Program-made: the position numbers and the translations under genes | The notes under the pieces: generated by a model | Databases searched by the model: none | What the model was told of the DNA's origin: nothing | The model's input: the letters and a program-made list of their open reading frames with translations, nothing else | Shown here: in pieces, positions 1 through 8,482 of the stretch | Layout of the letters: each line of letters begins with the position of its first letter | Numbering within the stretch: the stretch's first letter is position 1 | Assembly: GCA_963778815.1 (NCBI GenBank) | Contig: CAVZVS010000004.1 | Location: 131,987 to 195,986 of the forward strand | Direction: 5' to 3' | DNA from: an uncultured Chloroflexia bacterium | Lineage (GTDB): Bacteria > Chloroflexota > Limnocylindria > Limnocylindrales > CSP1-4 | Length of the DNA: 64,000 nt

Positions 1-2
1 CC

Positions 3-392
3 CCGCCCACGGTCGCCTCCAGCACCTATCGTCCGTCGTCCTCGACCCCGACCTATCCGGTCCCGCCGACCAGCTATCAGCCACCGGTCGCGGCCTCGCC
101 GGATCGCGCGCAGGCGCCGTCGAGCTACCAGACTCCGGCGTCGTCGAACTCCCCGGCCGCGGCCCCGGCGGCGCCGGTCCTGGCACCCTCGACGATCCGA
201 CCGACCGTCATCCGGGCGAGCGCGCCGATCGCACCCCCGCCCCCGGCGGCGCCGCCGGTCGTCGCCGAACCGACGCCCAGCAAGGCCACCTCGACGACCC
301 GCTCGACCACGGCCAAGCCACGTACGACTGCGGCGGCCAAGCCCCGCGCGCCGCGCTCGACGACGCCGAAGACCCCGACCGACAGTCACTGA
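3..392 (+). CDS. 3' end of an upstream gene: Pro/Ser/Thr/Ala-rich low-complexity C-terminal tail (partial, 5' end outside window)
   Basis: Frame 3 is open from the window edge to TGA at 390-392. Hand translation gives ...STYRPSSSTPTYPVPPTSYQPP...KPRAPRSTTPKTPTDSH*. It has no start codon in the window, so it is absent from the ORF track. Confidence 0.35.
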   Translation, partial: PPTVASSTYRPSSSTPTYPVPPTSYQPPVAASPDRAQAPSSYQTPASSNSPAAAPAAPVLAPSTIRPTVIRASAPIAPPPPAAPPVVAEPTPSKATSTTRSTTAKPRTTAAAKPRAPRSTTPKTPTDSH

Positions 393-402
393 GGCGGACC
401 GG

Positions 403-1383
403 GTGCGCGTCCTCGTCACCGGCGGTGCCGGCTACATCGGGTCCGAGACGGTCCGACTGCTGGCCGCCAGGGGCCATCAGCCGGTCGTCCTCGATACGCT
501 CGAGCGAGGGCACCGGGCCGCGGTCGACGGGGCGGCCTTGATCGTCGGATCGATCAGCGACGGCGGGTTGGTCGAGGCGACCCTGCGCGAGCACCACATC
601 GAGGCGGTCATCCATTTCGCGGCGCTGAAGTCGGTCGAGGCGTCGTTCAGCGACCCCGCCGGCTACTTCGGGACCAATGTGGGCGGATCGTTCGCACTGT
701 TGGGCGCGATGGGCCGAGCGGGCGTCTCCCAGCTCGTCTACTCGTCGTCGTGTGCCGTGTACGGGACGCCATCCGATCTGCCGGTCCGAGAGACCAGCGA
801 GCTCCACCCCGAGAACCCATATGGCGAAACGAAGCTGCTCGTCGAGCGCGCCCTGCGCTGGTTCGACGGGGTCGGCATCCGGACGGTCAGCCTGCGCTAC
901 TTCAACGCCGCTGGAGCGGCCTTCGACGGCCGCCACGGCGAGGATTGGACCGATGCACCAAACCTCGTCCCGGTCGTCATCAAGGCTGCCCTGGGACGCG
1001 GCCCGGCGGTCCGGATCCTGGGCTCCGACTATCCCACTCCCGATGGGACGGCGATCCGCGACTACGTCCACGTCGCGGACCTGGCCGAGGCCCACCTGCT
1101 TGCCGTCGAAGCGCTCGCCGGCGGGTTGCCCAGCACGACGCTCAACCTGGGCACCGGCCAGGGCTCGTCCGTCCGGGCCGTGATCGAGGCGGTCGGCGCG
1201 GCTGCCGGTGCGCCGGTCCCGATCATCGAGGCCGATCGGCGGGCCGGCGACCCCGCGGCGATCTGGGCCGACCCATCCCTGGCCGAGGCGACCCTCGGCT
1301 GGCGGGCACGATATCGACTGGACGCCATCGTCGAGACGGCCTGGCGCTGGCACTCGGTCCATCCCGATGGATACGGACGGTGA
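403..1383 (+). CDS. galE: UDP-glucose 4-epimerase
   Basis: ORF 403..1383. Rossmann motif VLVTGGAGYIGS, SSSCAVYG and PYGETK (YxxxK) of extended SDRs. GTG start. Confidence 0.9.
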   Translation: MRVLVTGGAGYIGSETVRLLAARGHQPVVLDTLERGHRAAVDGAALIVGSISDGGLVEATLREHHIEAVIHFAALKSVEASFSDPAGYFGTNVGGSFALLGAMGRAGVSQLVYSSSCAVYGTPSDLPVRETSELHPENPYGETKLLVERALRWFDGVGIRTVSLRYFNAAGAAFDGRHGEDWTDAPNLVPVVIKAALGRGPAVRILGSDYPTPDGTAIRDYVHVADLAEAHLLAVEALAGGLPSTTLNLGTGQGSSVRAVIEAVGAAAGAPVPIIEADRRAGDPAAIWADPSLAEATLGWRARYRLDAIVETAWRWHSVHPDGYGR

Positions 1384-2681
1384 CGGCCCTGGCCGTGGCG
1401 GCCGTCGCCGATCCGCCCGACCGATCGGCCGACGAACCCGCCGCATTGCGGGTGGCCTACGTGATGTCGCGCTTCCCGAAGCTGACCGAGACCTTCATCC
1501 TGTTCGAGATGGCAGCGGTCGAGCGCCAGGGGACCGACGTCTGGCTGTTCCCCCTGCTGCGTGAGCGCGAAGCGACGATGCACCCCGAGGCGGCCCCGTA
1601 CGTCGCCCGGGCGCATTACCTCCCGTTCGTCGACCGAGCGATCCTGGCCAGCCAGTGGCACTTCCTGCGCCACGCCCCGCGACGCTACCTGGGGACGCTT
1701 GGGGCGATGCTCCGCGGGACCTGGCGCAGCCCCAACTTCCTGGTCGGCGGGATCGGCATCTTCCCCAAGGTCGCCCACGCCGCCAGGCTCATGGAGCGTG
1801 ACGGCGTCCAGCACGTCCACTGCCACTTCGCGACCCATCCGGCCCTCGCCGGCCTGCTCATCCATCGCCTGGTCGGGATCCCCTATTCGTTCACGGCCCA
1901 TGGCTCCGACCTGCATGTCGACCGGACGATGCTCTGTCAGAAGGTCAGCGAAGCTGCCTTCACGGTGACCATCTCGAACGACAACCGAAAGGTCTTCGAG
2001 CGCGAGTGCGGTGGCCCCATCGCCAGCCTCGAGGTCATCCACTGCGGGGTCGACACGGGCGTCTTCCACCCGATCCCGCGGAAGACCGACCGGGCCGGGC
2101 TGGCCATCCTGTCGATCGGCACGCTGCACGAGGTGAAGGGTCAGACCCACCTCATCGAAGCATGCCGGTTGCTCGCCGCCGAGGGCGTCCCGTTCACCTG
2201 CCAGTTCGTGGGCGACGGACCGGACCGGGCGGCCCTCGAGGCGCAGGTGACCGAGGCCCGGCTGACCGATCGCGTCGAGTTCCTGGGCCAGCGGACCAGG
2301 ACCGAGATCGCCCGACTGTTGGCTTCGAGCGACGTCCTCGTCGCCCCGAGCGTCCCGACCAGGGGCGGCAAGCGGGAGGGCATCCCGGTCGTCCTGATGG
2401 AAGCGATGAGCGCCGGGCTGCCGGTCGTGGCCAGCGCCCTGTCGGGCATCCCTGAGCTGGTCATCGACGGTCAGTCAGGATCGACCGTCCCGCCGGGCGA
2501 CGCCCCGGCCATCGCCGCCGCCCTGGTCCGGCTCCATGGCGACCCGGACCTGCGAGCCCGCCTGGGCAACGCCGCCCGGGAGCGGGTGGTCAGCGAGTTC
2601 GATGTCGACCGCAATGCCCAGCGACTGATCGAACGGATCCGGCTGGTGAAGGCTGCGCCGGCCGCAACGACGGCCGCGTGA
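1380..2681 (+). CDS. GT-B (family 4-like, WcaL-like) glycosyltransferase
   Basis: In-frame part of ORF 750..2681. The conserved core starts at RVAYVMSRFPKLTETFI, and the C-terminal EGIPVVLMEAMSAGLPVVAS motif is present. GTG 1380 overlaps the galE stop (GTGA). Alternative starts are TTG 1446 and ATG 1464. Confidence 0.75.
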   Translation: MTALAVAAVADPPDRSADEPAALRVAYVMSRFPKLTETFILFEMAAVERQGTDVWLFPLLREREATMHPEAAPYVARAHYLPFVDRAILASQWHFLRHAPRRYLGTLGAMLRGTWRSPNFLVGGIGIFPKVAHAARLMERDGVQHVHCHFATHPALAGLLIHRLVGIPYSFTAHGSDLHVDRTMLCQKVSEAAFTVTISNDNRKVFERECGGPIASLEVIHCGVDTGVFHPIPRKTDRAGLAILSIGTLHEVKGQTHLIEACRLLAAEGVPFTCQFVGDGPDRAALEAQVTEARLTDRVEFLGQRTRTEIARLLASSDVLVAPSVPTRGGKREGIPVVLMEAMSAGLPVVASALSGIPELVIDGQSGSTVPPGDAPAIAAALVRLHGDPDLRARLGNAARERVVSEFDVDRNAQRLIERIRLVKAAPAATTAA

Positions 2682-3880
2682 TGATCAAGGCGCTGTTCTG
2701 GTCGGCCGTGGTGACCATCGCCTACACCTATGTCGGGTATCCCATCCTGGTCCTTGCCCGGGCGACCATCCGTCCACGGCCACCGCGATCGGCTCCGATC
2801 GAGCCGTCGGTCAGCGTCGTCCTGGCAGCCAGGAACGAGGCTGCTGCGATCGGCGCCCGGCTGGACAACCTGCTGGCGCTGGACTACCCGGCGCAACGGC
2901 TACAGATCGTGGTCGCGTCGGATGGCTCCGATGATGAGACCGTGGCGATCGGCGGGCGGTACGCGGATCGCGGCGTCCGGATGCTCGCCCTCGACCGGGT
3001 CGGCAAGGCCGACGCGCTCAACGCCGCGGTGGCCGCTGCGACCGGCGACATCCTCGTCTTCACCGATGCCAACACGATGTTCGAGGCGAGCGCGCTGCGC
3101 GCCCTGGTCGCCCCGTTCGCCGATCCGGAGGTCGGCGGGGTGGCCGGCGACCAGCGCTACCTGCCCCTTGGGGGCGACACGACCGAGGCCGCCGGTGAGC
3201 GGAGCTACTGGGACTTCGATCGACGACTCAAGCTCGCCGAGAGCGCAGCCGGAAGCACGGTCGCGGCGACCGGCGCGATCTACGCCATCCGGCCTGAACT
3301 GTTCCAGCCGGTCATCAGCGGGGTGACCGACGACTTCATCACCTCGACCGCGGTCATCGACCAGGACCGCCGGCTGGTGTACGTCGCCGACGCCGTCGCC
3401 TGGGAGCCCGTCGCGCCATCGAACCGGCTTGAATACCGACGCAAGGTCCGGATCATGACCCGCGGACTGCGCGGCGTGGCTGCCCGCCGAGCCCTCCTCG
3501 ATCCGCGTCGGAGTGGGTTCTATGCGATCCAGCTCGTGTCCCACAAGATCCTGCGCCGGCTGATGGCGGTCCCGCTCCTGATCGTCGCGTTGGGTGCGCC
3601 GTTGCTCTGGGGCCAGGGCCCGATCTATCAGCTGACGACGCTCGGTGCGGCCGCCGTTGCCGGGCTCGGGACGGTCGGACTGGCCGCTCCCGGATCGCGG
3701 GTCGGGCGGCACCGGATCGCCGGCCTCGCCTCGTTCTTCCTGCTGGTCAATGTCGCCTCGCTCGAAGCGGCCTGGAACCTGCTCAGTGGTCGGCGGATCG
3801 ATCGCTGGGAGCCGCGCCGGACGATCGACGAGCCGGCGGATACCACCCTCGGGACGCCGAGCGAGGCTGGGCCGCGATGA
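2678..3880 (+). CDS. membrane-bound family 2 glycosyltransferase (processive synthase-like)
   Basis: ORF 2678..3880. N-terminal TM, then SVVLAARNE...VVASDGSDDET...FTDANTMF (GT-A DxD-type motifs), then C-terminal TM helices. The start overlaps the GT4 stop. Confidence 0.8.
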   Translation: MMIKALFWSAVVTIAYTYVGYPILVLARATIRPRPPRSAPIEPSVSVVLAARNEAAAIGARLDNLLALDYPAQRLQIVVASDGSDDETVAIGGRYADRGVRMLALDRVGKADALNAAVAAATGDILVFTDANTMFEASALRALVAPFADPEVGGVAGDQRYLPLGGDTTEAAGERSYWDFDRRLKLAESAAGSTVAATGAIYAIRPELFQPVISGVTDDFITSTAVIDQDRRLVYVADAVAWEPVAPSNRLEYRRKVRIMTRGLRGVAARRALLDPRRSGFYAIQLVSHKILRRLMAVPLLIVALGAPLLWGQGPIYQLTTLGAAAVAGLGTVGLAAPGSRVGRHRIAGLASFFLLVNVASLEAAWNLLSGRRIDRWEPRRTIDEPADTTLGTPSEAGPR

Positions 3881-5401
3881 GCACCAGCCCCGGCCCGATC
3901 GCGGTGGCTCAGGACGGGCCGCGGTTCCGCTGGCCGCCGATCATCGTCGCCTTGTTGGCCATCGGCGCCTGCGCCGTGGTCGGAGCGGTCGCCGCGGATC
4001 GACCGATCATCGCCGCCGCCGGCTTGGCGGCCGTGCTGCTTGGCCTGGCCTCGGTCATCAGGCCCGAGATCGCGACCCTGATCGTCGTATTCCTGCTCTA
4101 CAGCAACGCGGCGGTCATCTCGGTGACGCGTTTCGGGATGCCCCTCTTCATCGGTGCGATCGTGCCCATGATCCTGGTCGTGCCGCTCGGCTACGAGCTC
4201 CTGATCAAGCGCCACAAGATCGTCATCACGCCGGCCTTCCCGTGGGTCGCCGGGTTCCTGCTGGTCCAGATCCTGGGCGTCCTGTTCGCCCGGGACATGT
4301 CCGATGCGATGGCCGGCCTGATCACCTTCCTGCTGGAGGGCGTCGGCCTGTACCTGCTGGTCGTCAACGTGGTCCGGACGCCCGCGGCGATGCGCAACGT
4401 GATCTGGACCCTCCTCGCCGTCGGCGCGTTCCTGGGGGGCCTGTCGGTGCTCCAGGCCGTGACCGGGACCTACTCCTCGGACTACTTCGGGTTCGCCCAA
4501 TCGGACGCGACCAACGACCTGGGCATCGTGACCAAGGGCGTCGCCCGCCTGGCGGGTCCGATCGGCGAGAAGAACCGCTACGCGCAGATCATGCTCATGC
4601 TCGTGCCCCTGGCACTCTTCCAGGCGTGGACCGAGCGCCGGCGAGTGCTCAAGCTGGCCGCCTACGGCGTCGCAGTGCTGACCTCAGGGGCGGTGATCCT
4701 GACGTTCTCTCGCGGTGCGGCCGTCGGGTTCGGGCTGGTGATCGTGATCATGGTCCTGCTGCGCTACATCAAGCCGATCCAGCTCTTCGTGGTCCTCGTG
4801 CTGGCAGTCTCGTTGCTCATCGCCGTGCCCCAGTACGCCGAGCGGCTGACGAGCCTCAATGCCATCGTCGATGCCGTCACCGGCGGAGATTTGGGTACCC
4901 AGGCCGACAACTCGATCACCAGCCGGGCGACCGAGAACCTCGCGGCGCTGGCCGTCTTCTCGGACCACCCCGATCATCGGCGTCGGTCCGGGCGAGTTCA
5001 GCACGTACTACCGTGAATACGCCAACGACATCGCGATCAACGTCAAGGCCGAGGATCGCCAGGCCCACAACCTGTACCTGGCGACCGCCGCGGAGACCGG
5101 CGTCCTTGGTCTGATCTGCCTGATGGCAGTGCTCCTGGTCACGCTCTGGGAGCTCGCCAAGGCCCGTAGGAAGTGGGTCGGCCGTCGGACGGACCTGGCC
5201 AACATGGCCACCGCCTTCAGTCTGTCCGTGCTGACCTACATGACGACCGGGATCTTCCTGCACCTGTCCTACGCCCGTTACTTCTGGTTGATCATGGCCC
5301 TGGCCGGAGCGACCGCGGCGATCGCCCTGGCCGAGCCGGATCCGGATGCGAAGCCGAAGGTATCCACCGACCCCTACCGCGGACCGCGCGTCAATCCCTG
5401 A
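3877..5401 (+). pseudogene. O-antigen ligase / Wzy-like polymerase, split by a +1 frame disruption
   Basis: Multi-TM ORF 3877..5016 continues in ORF 4859..5401. The family motif ...FSDHP|IIGVGPGEF...AHNLYLATAAETGVLG is broken exactly at the C-run 4968-4971; one C fewer restores the frame. The ATG overlaps the GT2 stop (ATGA). Confidence 0.7.
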
Positions 5402-5409
5402 CCCGAACT

Positions 5410-5471
5410 GCGCGGGCTTGGCGCCGGGGCGGGCTGGCGCCGGCGCGGGCTTGGCGCCGGGGCGGGCTGGC
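5410..5471. repeat. 33-nt intergenic tandem duplication
   Basis: gcgcgggcttggcgccggggcgggctggc occurs at 5410 and again at 5443 (period 33), read directly. Confidence 0.8.
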
Positions 5472-5518
5472 CCTCGGATCTCACGCCATCGGAGAGCCGT
5501 CTGGGCACCGGGAATTGA

Positions 5519-5558
5519 ACGGCGCGGCCACCGACCCGAAGGCCGAGAACCGCGCCGT
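5519..5558. terminator. hairpin between convergent genes (putative bidirectional terminator)
   Basis: acggcgcgg (5519-5527) pairs with ccgcgccgt (5550-5558). It lies between the wzy-like stop (5401) and the minus-strand stop (5584). On the minus strand it is followed by tcaattcc. Confidence 0.45.
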
Positions 5559-5583
5559 CCAGAGGCGCCGGTCTAGCGACCGA

Positions 5584-8322
5584 TCACTTGAAGTAACCGG
5601 TCACGTCGAGGATGAGGTTGGTCGAGGCGGATGTGACCGGGGAGACGTACACCCCCTGGAGCGTGCCGCCGGCACCCAGCTGGACATCGAGCCCGTTCGC
5701 TCGGTTGTCGCCGACCGGGAAGTTCAGGGTGGATGACGGCGGGTTCGAGGTCGCCGTGGGGCCGACGAAGGCAAAGCCGCGCTGGTTCTGGTCGGCGACC
5801 GTCAGGTTACCCGTGATCGCGACCGCGTCAACGGGCGCCGCGTGACCGGTCCCGGCCACAGTGAACGTCCGAACGGTGTGGTTGGTGAACTTGCCGGCCA
5901 GGCCCGTGCCGTTCCGGGTGTTGAGCTCGCGGGTCGGCGCCAGGGGGAAGTACCGGGCCCCGGTGGCGTCGCTCGTGAAGTACCCGGTGAGATCGAGGAT
6001 GAGGTTGGTCGAGGCGGTCGTCACCGGGGAGATGTACACCGCCTGGAGCGTGTGCGAGGCACCGAGCTGGACGGTGATGTTGTTGGCCCGGTTGTCGCTG
6101 ACCGGGAAGTTGAGCGTCGACGAAGGCGGGTTCGCGCTGGCCGTCGGGCCGACGAACACGAAGCCGCGCTGGGTCTGGTCGGCGACCGTCAGGTTGCCGG
6201 TGATAGCCACCGCTGCGGCCGGCAGGCCGGGCACCGTGAACGTGCGGACGTTGTGGTTGGTGAACATCCCGGACAAGCCGGTCCCATTCCTGGTATTGAG
6301 CACCCGGGTCGGGTCGACCGCGGTGTAGGTCGCGTCGCCCGAACCGTCGACGAAGTACCCAGTCACGTCGAGGATGAGGTTGGTGGTCGCTCCGGCGACC
6401 GGCGAGACGTACACGGCGGCCAGTTCGCCGCTGCCGTTCAAGGCGACCGTCACCCCGTTGGCCCGGTTGTCGCTGACCGGGAAGTTCAGGGTCGACGAGG
6501 TCGGATTCGAGCTGGCCGTCGGGCCGACGAACACGAAGCCGCGCTGGCTCTGGTCGGCGACGGTCAGGTTGCCGGTGATCGCGACGGCGTTGGACGGGAT
6601 CACCCCGACCCCTGCGATCTGGAAGATCCGAGGCACGCTGTTGACGAACTTGCCACTGAGACCGGTCCCGTTCCTTGTATTGAGGATCCGGGTCGGGTCC
6701 ATCGGCGTGTAAGTCGCTCCGGGTGGGGGCGTCACGTGGATGTAGCCGGTCTTGGTCACGGAGTTCGAACCGACCGCGTTGGTCACGGTCAGCTTGACGT
6801 TGAAGTCACCCGGATTGAACGTGTGGGACGGGTTCTTCACGGTGGCGGTGGTGCCGTCGCCGAAGTCCCACGCCCAGGTGGCCGGGACGCCCGTGCTGGT
6901 GTCGGTGAAAGCGACCGCCAACGGGCCCTGGCCGGTCGTCGGCGTGGCCGTGAAGTCGGCGACCGGGGCGACCGGGCAGACCACGCCGGCGCAGCCGTGC
7001 AGGTAGGTCCGGGTGGGGATGTTCTCCGCCTCGAGGATGATGCCCGAGGCAGCGGTCGTGATCTGCTTGGTCGAGGTCCCGTTGTTCAGGCTGCCCGAGG
7101 CCGTGTTGCTGATGAACGGCGTGCCGATCGACGCGGCGCCGAAGCTCAGGGTGCTGAGAGAAGCCGTGCGCCGGGTGATCAGGTAGTGGCCCACCCCGGC
7201 GTCGGTGTCGGTGATGAACACGTTCGCCTCGTTGCTCTCACTGTCGAGAACGAGGACCGGCCGAGTGCCGTTCTGGCTGACGCTGGACACGATGCGGTTG
7301 GACCAGGTCCCGGCGACGTCGGCGTTACCGGTCCGGGCCAGGACATCGATGAGCGGGTCGCTGCCGGTGGTCCGGCTCGTCTTGACCGCGGCGATGACCC
7401 GCCCGCTGGCGTCGGTCTTCATGCTGATGTGGCCATCGGCCGACGCCGTTCCGGTGCCGCCGAAGGCGGTCTCGCGCGCGGTCCAGGTGCCATCCGGGTC
7501 GCCGTCCTTGTGGGCGGCGAAGTAGAAGGCCTCATCGCCCAGGGTCTGGTTGCCCCAGAGGACGCCGACGCCGTTGGTGCCGGTCACGGAGATCGCGGCC
7601 TGGTCGTCGGTCGTAACGGGGTTGCCCATGCCGGGGATGACGAACGGGGTGACCCAGAGCGTCCCGCCCGAAGTCGTGGAGTGGGACACCATGATGTTGG
7701 TGCCCTTGCGGTAGGCGACCCAGAGGAGGCCACTGGGCGCCTTGGCGATGGTCACCTCCGAGGTGCCCGCCCCGGCGACCGTGTTCGAGTCGACCTTCTT
7801 GGGGAAGCCACTGACGAGCGCGTATGTCTTAGAAGTGGCGTTGTATGAGTACTTGTAGAGGCGCAGGTCGCCGTTCGGCGAGATGTTCGACCCGCGATCG
7901 TGCGATGAGGCGACCCACAGGTTGGTGCCGTCCCAGAGCGCATCGGCGTGGGAACGGTTCCGGTTATCGACCGCAGTGGCCGTCGCCGACGTCGTCCAGG
8001 CCTGGGTGGCCATATTGAAGCTCTGGATCCGGTACGTCCCATTGGAGGTCGTGCCGCGATCGAACATGATCGCCCACCATCGGCCGTCGTTGAACCAGAG
8101 CTTGCTCTGGTTGCGCGACGAGGTGACGTCGTTGCCGCCGGTCCCCGTGTCGGGATCCGGCTTGTACACGAAGTCGGTGTAGCCGGGCCCGGGCACCGCA
8201 GGCGCTGCAGCCACCGGGACGATCGCGAGGAGACCGACCCCGAGGATCGCGATGAGCGATGCGGCGAGGGGCCTCAGACCCCTGCGCGAGCGGCGGACGC
8301 TACGAGCGCTGGACGGCATCAA
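5584..8322 (-). CDS. secreted beta-propeller (sialidase/BNR-like fold) - PKD - triple-repeat-domain protein
   Basis: ORF of 912 aa. Signal peptide RRGLRPLAASLIAILGVGLLAIVPVAAAP. PKD signature WDFGDGTTATVKNPSHTF. Three C-terminal tandem domains. Confidence 0.8.
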   Translation of the reverse strand: MMPSSARSVRRSRRGLRPLAASLIAILGVGLLAIVPVAAAPAVPGPGYTDFVYKPDPDTGTGGNDVTSSRNQSKLWFNDGRWWAIMFDRGTTSNGTYRIQSFNMATQAWTTSATATAVDNRNRSHADALWDGTNLWVASSHDRGSNISPNGDLRLYKYSYNATSKTYALVSGFPKKVDSNTVAGAGTSEVTIAKAPSGLLWVAYRKGTNIMVSHSTTSGGTLWVTPFVIPGMGNPVTTDDQAAISVTGTNGVGVLWGNQTLGDEAFYFAAHKDGDPDGTWTARETAFGGTGTASADGHISMKTDASGRVIAAVKTSRTTGSDPLIDVLARTGNADVAGTWSNRIVSSVSQNGTRPVLVLDSESNEANVFITDTDAGVGHYLITRRTASLSTLSFGAASIGTPFISNTASGSLNNGTSTKQITTAASGIILEAENIPTRTYLHGCAGVVCPVAPVADFTATPTTGQGPLAVAFTDTSTGVPATWAWDFGDGTTATVKNPSHTFNPGDFNVKLTVTNAVGSNSVTKTGYIHVTPPPGATYTPMDPTRILNTRNGTGLSGKFVNSVPRIFQIAGVGVIPSNAVAITGNLTVADQSQRGFVFVGPTASSNPTSSTLNFPVSDNRANGVTVALNGSGELAAVYVSPVAGATTNLILDVTGYFVDGSGDATYTAVDPTRVLNTRNGTGLSGMFTNHNVRTFTVPGLPAAAVAITGNLTVADQTQRGFVFVGPTASANPPSSTLNFPVSDNRANNITVQLGASHTLQAVYISPVTTASTNLILDLTGYFTSDATGARYFPLAPTRELNTRNGTGLAGKFTNHTVRTFTVAGTGHAAPVDAVAITGNLTVADQNQRGFAFVGPTATSNPPSSTLNFPVGDNRANGLDVQLGAGGTLQGVYVSPVTSASTNLILDVTGYFK
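5587..6717 (-). repeat. three tandem ~125-aa coding repeats (approx. 5587-5958, 5959-6333, 6334-6717)
   Basis: Units begin A[TR]Y(T/F)P..PTR.LNTRNGTGL and end TNLILD(V/L)TGYF, with shared AVAITGNLTVADQ.QRGF.FVGP...SSTLNFPV.DNRAN. Counted by hand as 128+125+124 aa. Confidence 0.85.
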
Positions 8323-8482
8323 AGGGTTCCCCCTGCAGCAGTGGAAGGGACGCGCTCACGCGCATCGAGACGATGCGCCGATGGTACCCGAGGTTCGCCG
8401 AAGATGGTCCCGATGGTCGAGGGAATTCGGTGTCCGCCTGCAACGCGAAGGTGATCCGGGCCCCGCGGCCCCGCGACTCCGC

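Noticed and set aside
208-1446. 412-aa minus-strand ORF antisense to galE. Similar long antisense or overlapping ORFs include 5842..7848, 8252..10186, 16438..17610, 27119..28891, 30200..31687, 36186..37937, 38141..39871, 42184..43521 and 43635..45629.
   Set aside because: They are Arg/Gly/Pro/Asp-rich low-information translations with no recognisable motifs. Each lies opposite a CDS with strong family signatures. This is the usual open-frame artefact of very GC-rich DNA.
5490-5585. tRNA-like string (ggaattgaac resembles a reverse-complement T-arm).
   Set aside because: I wrote out the reverse complement and found no complementary T-stem, acceptor stem or anticodon arm. The region is better explained as a terminator hairpin.
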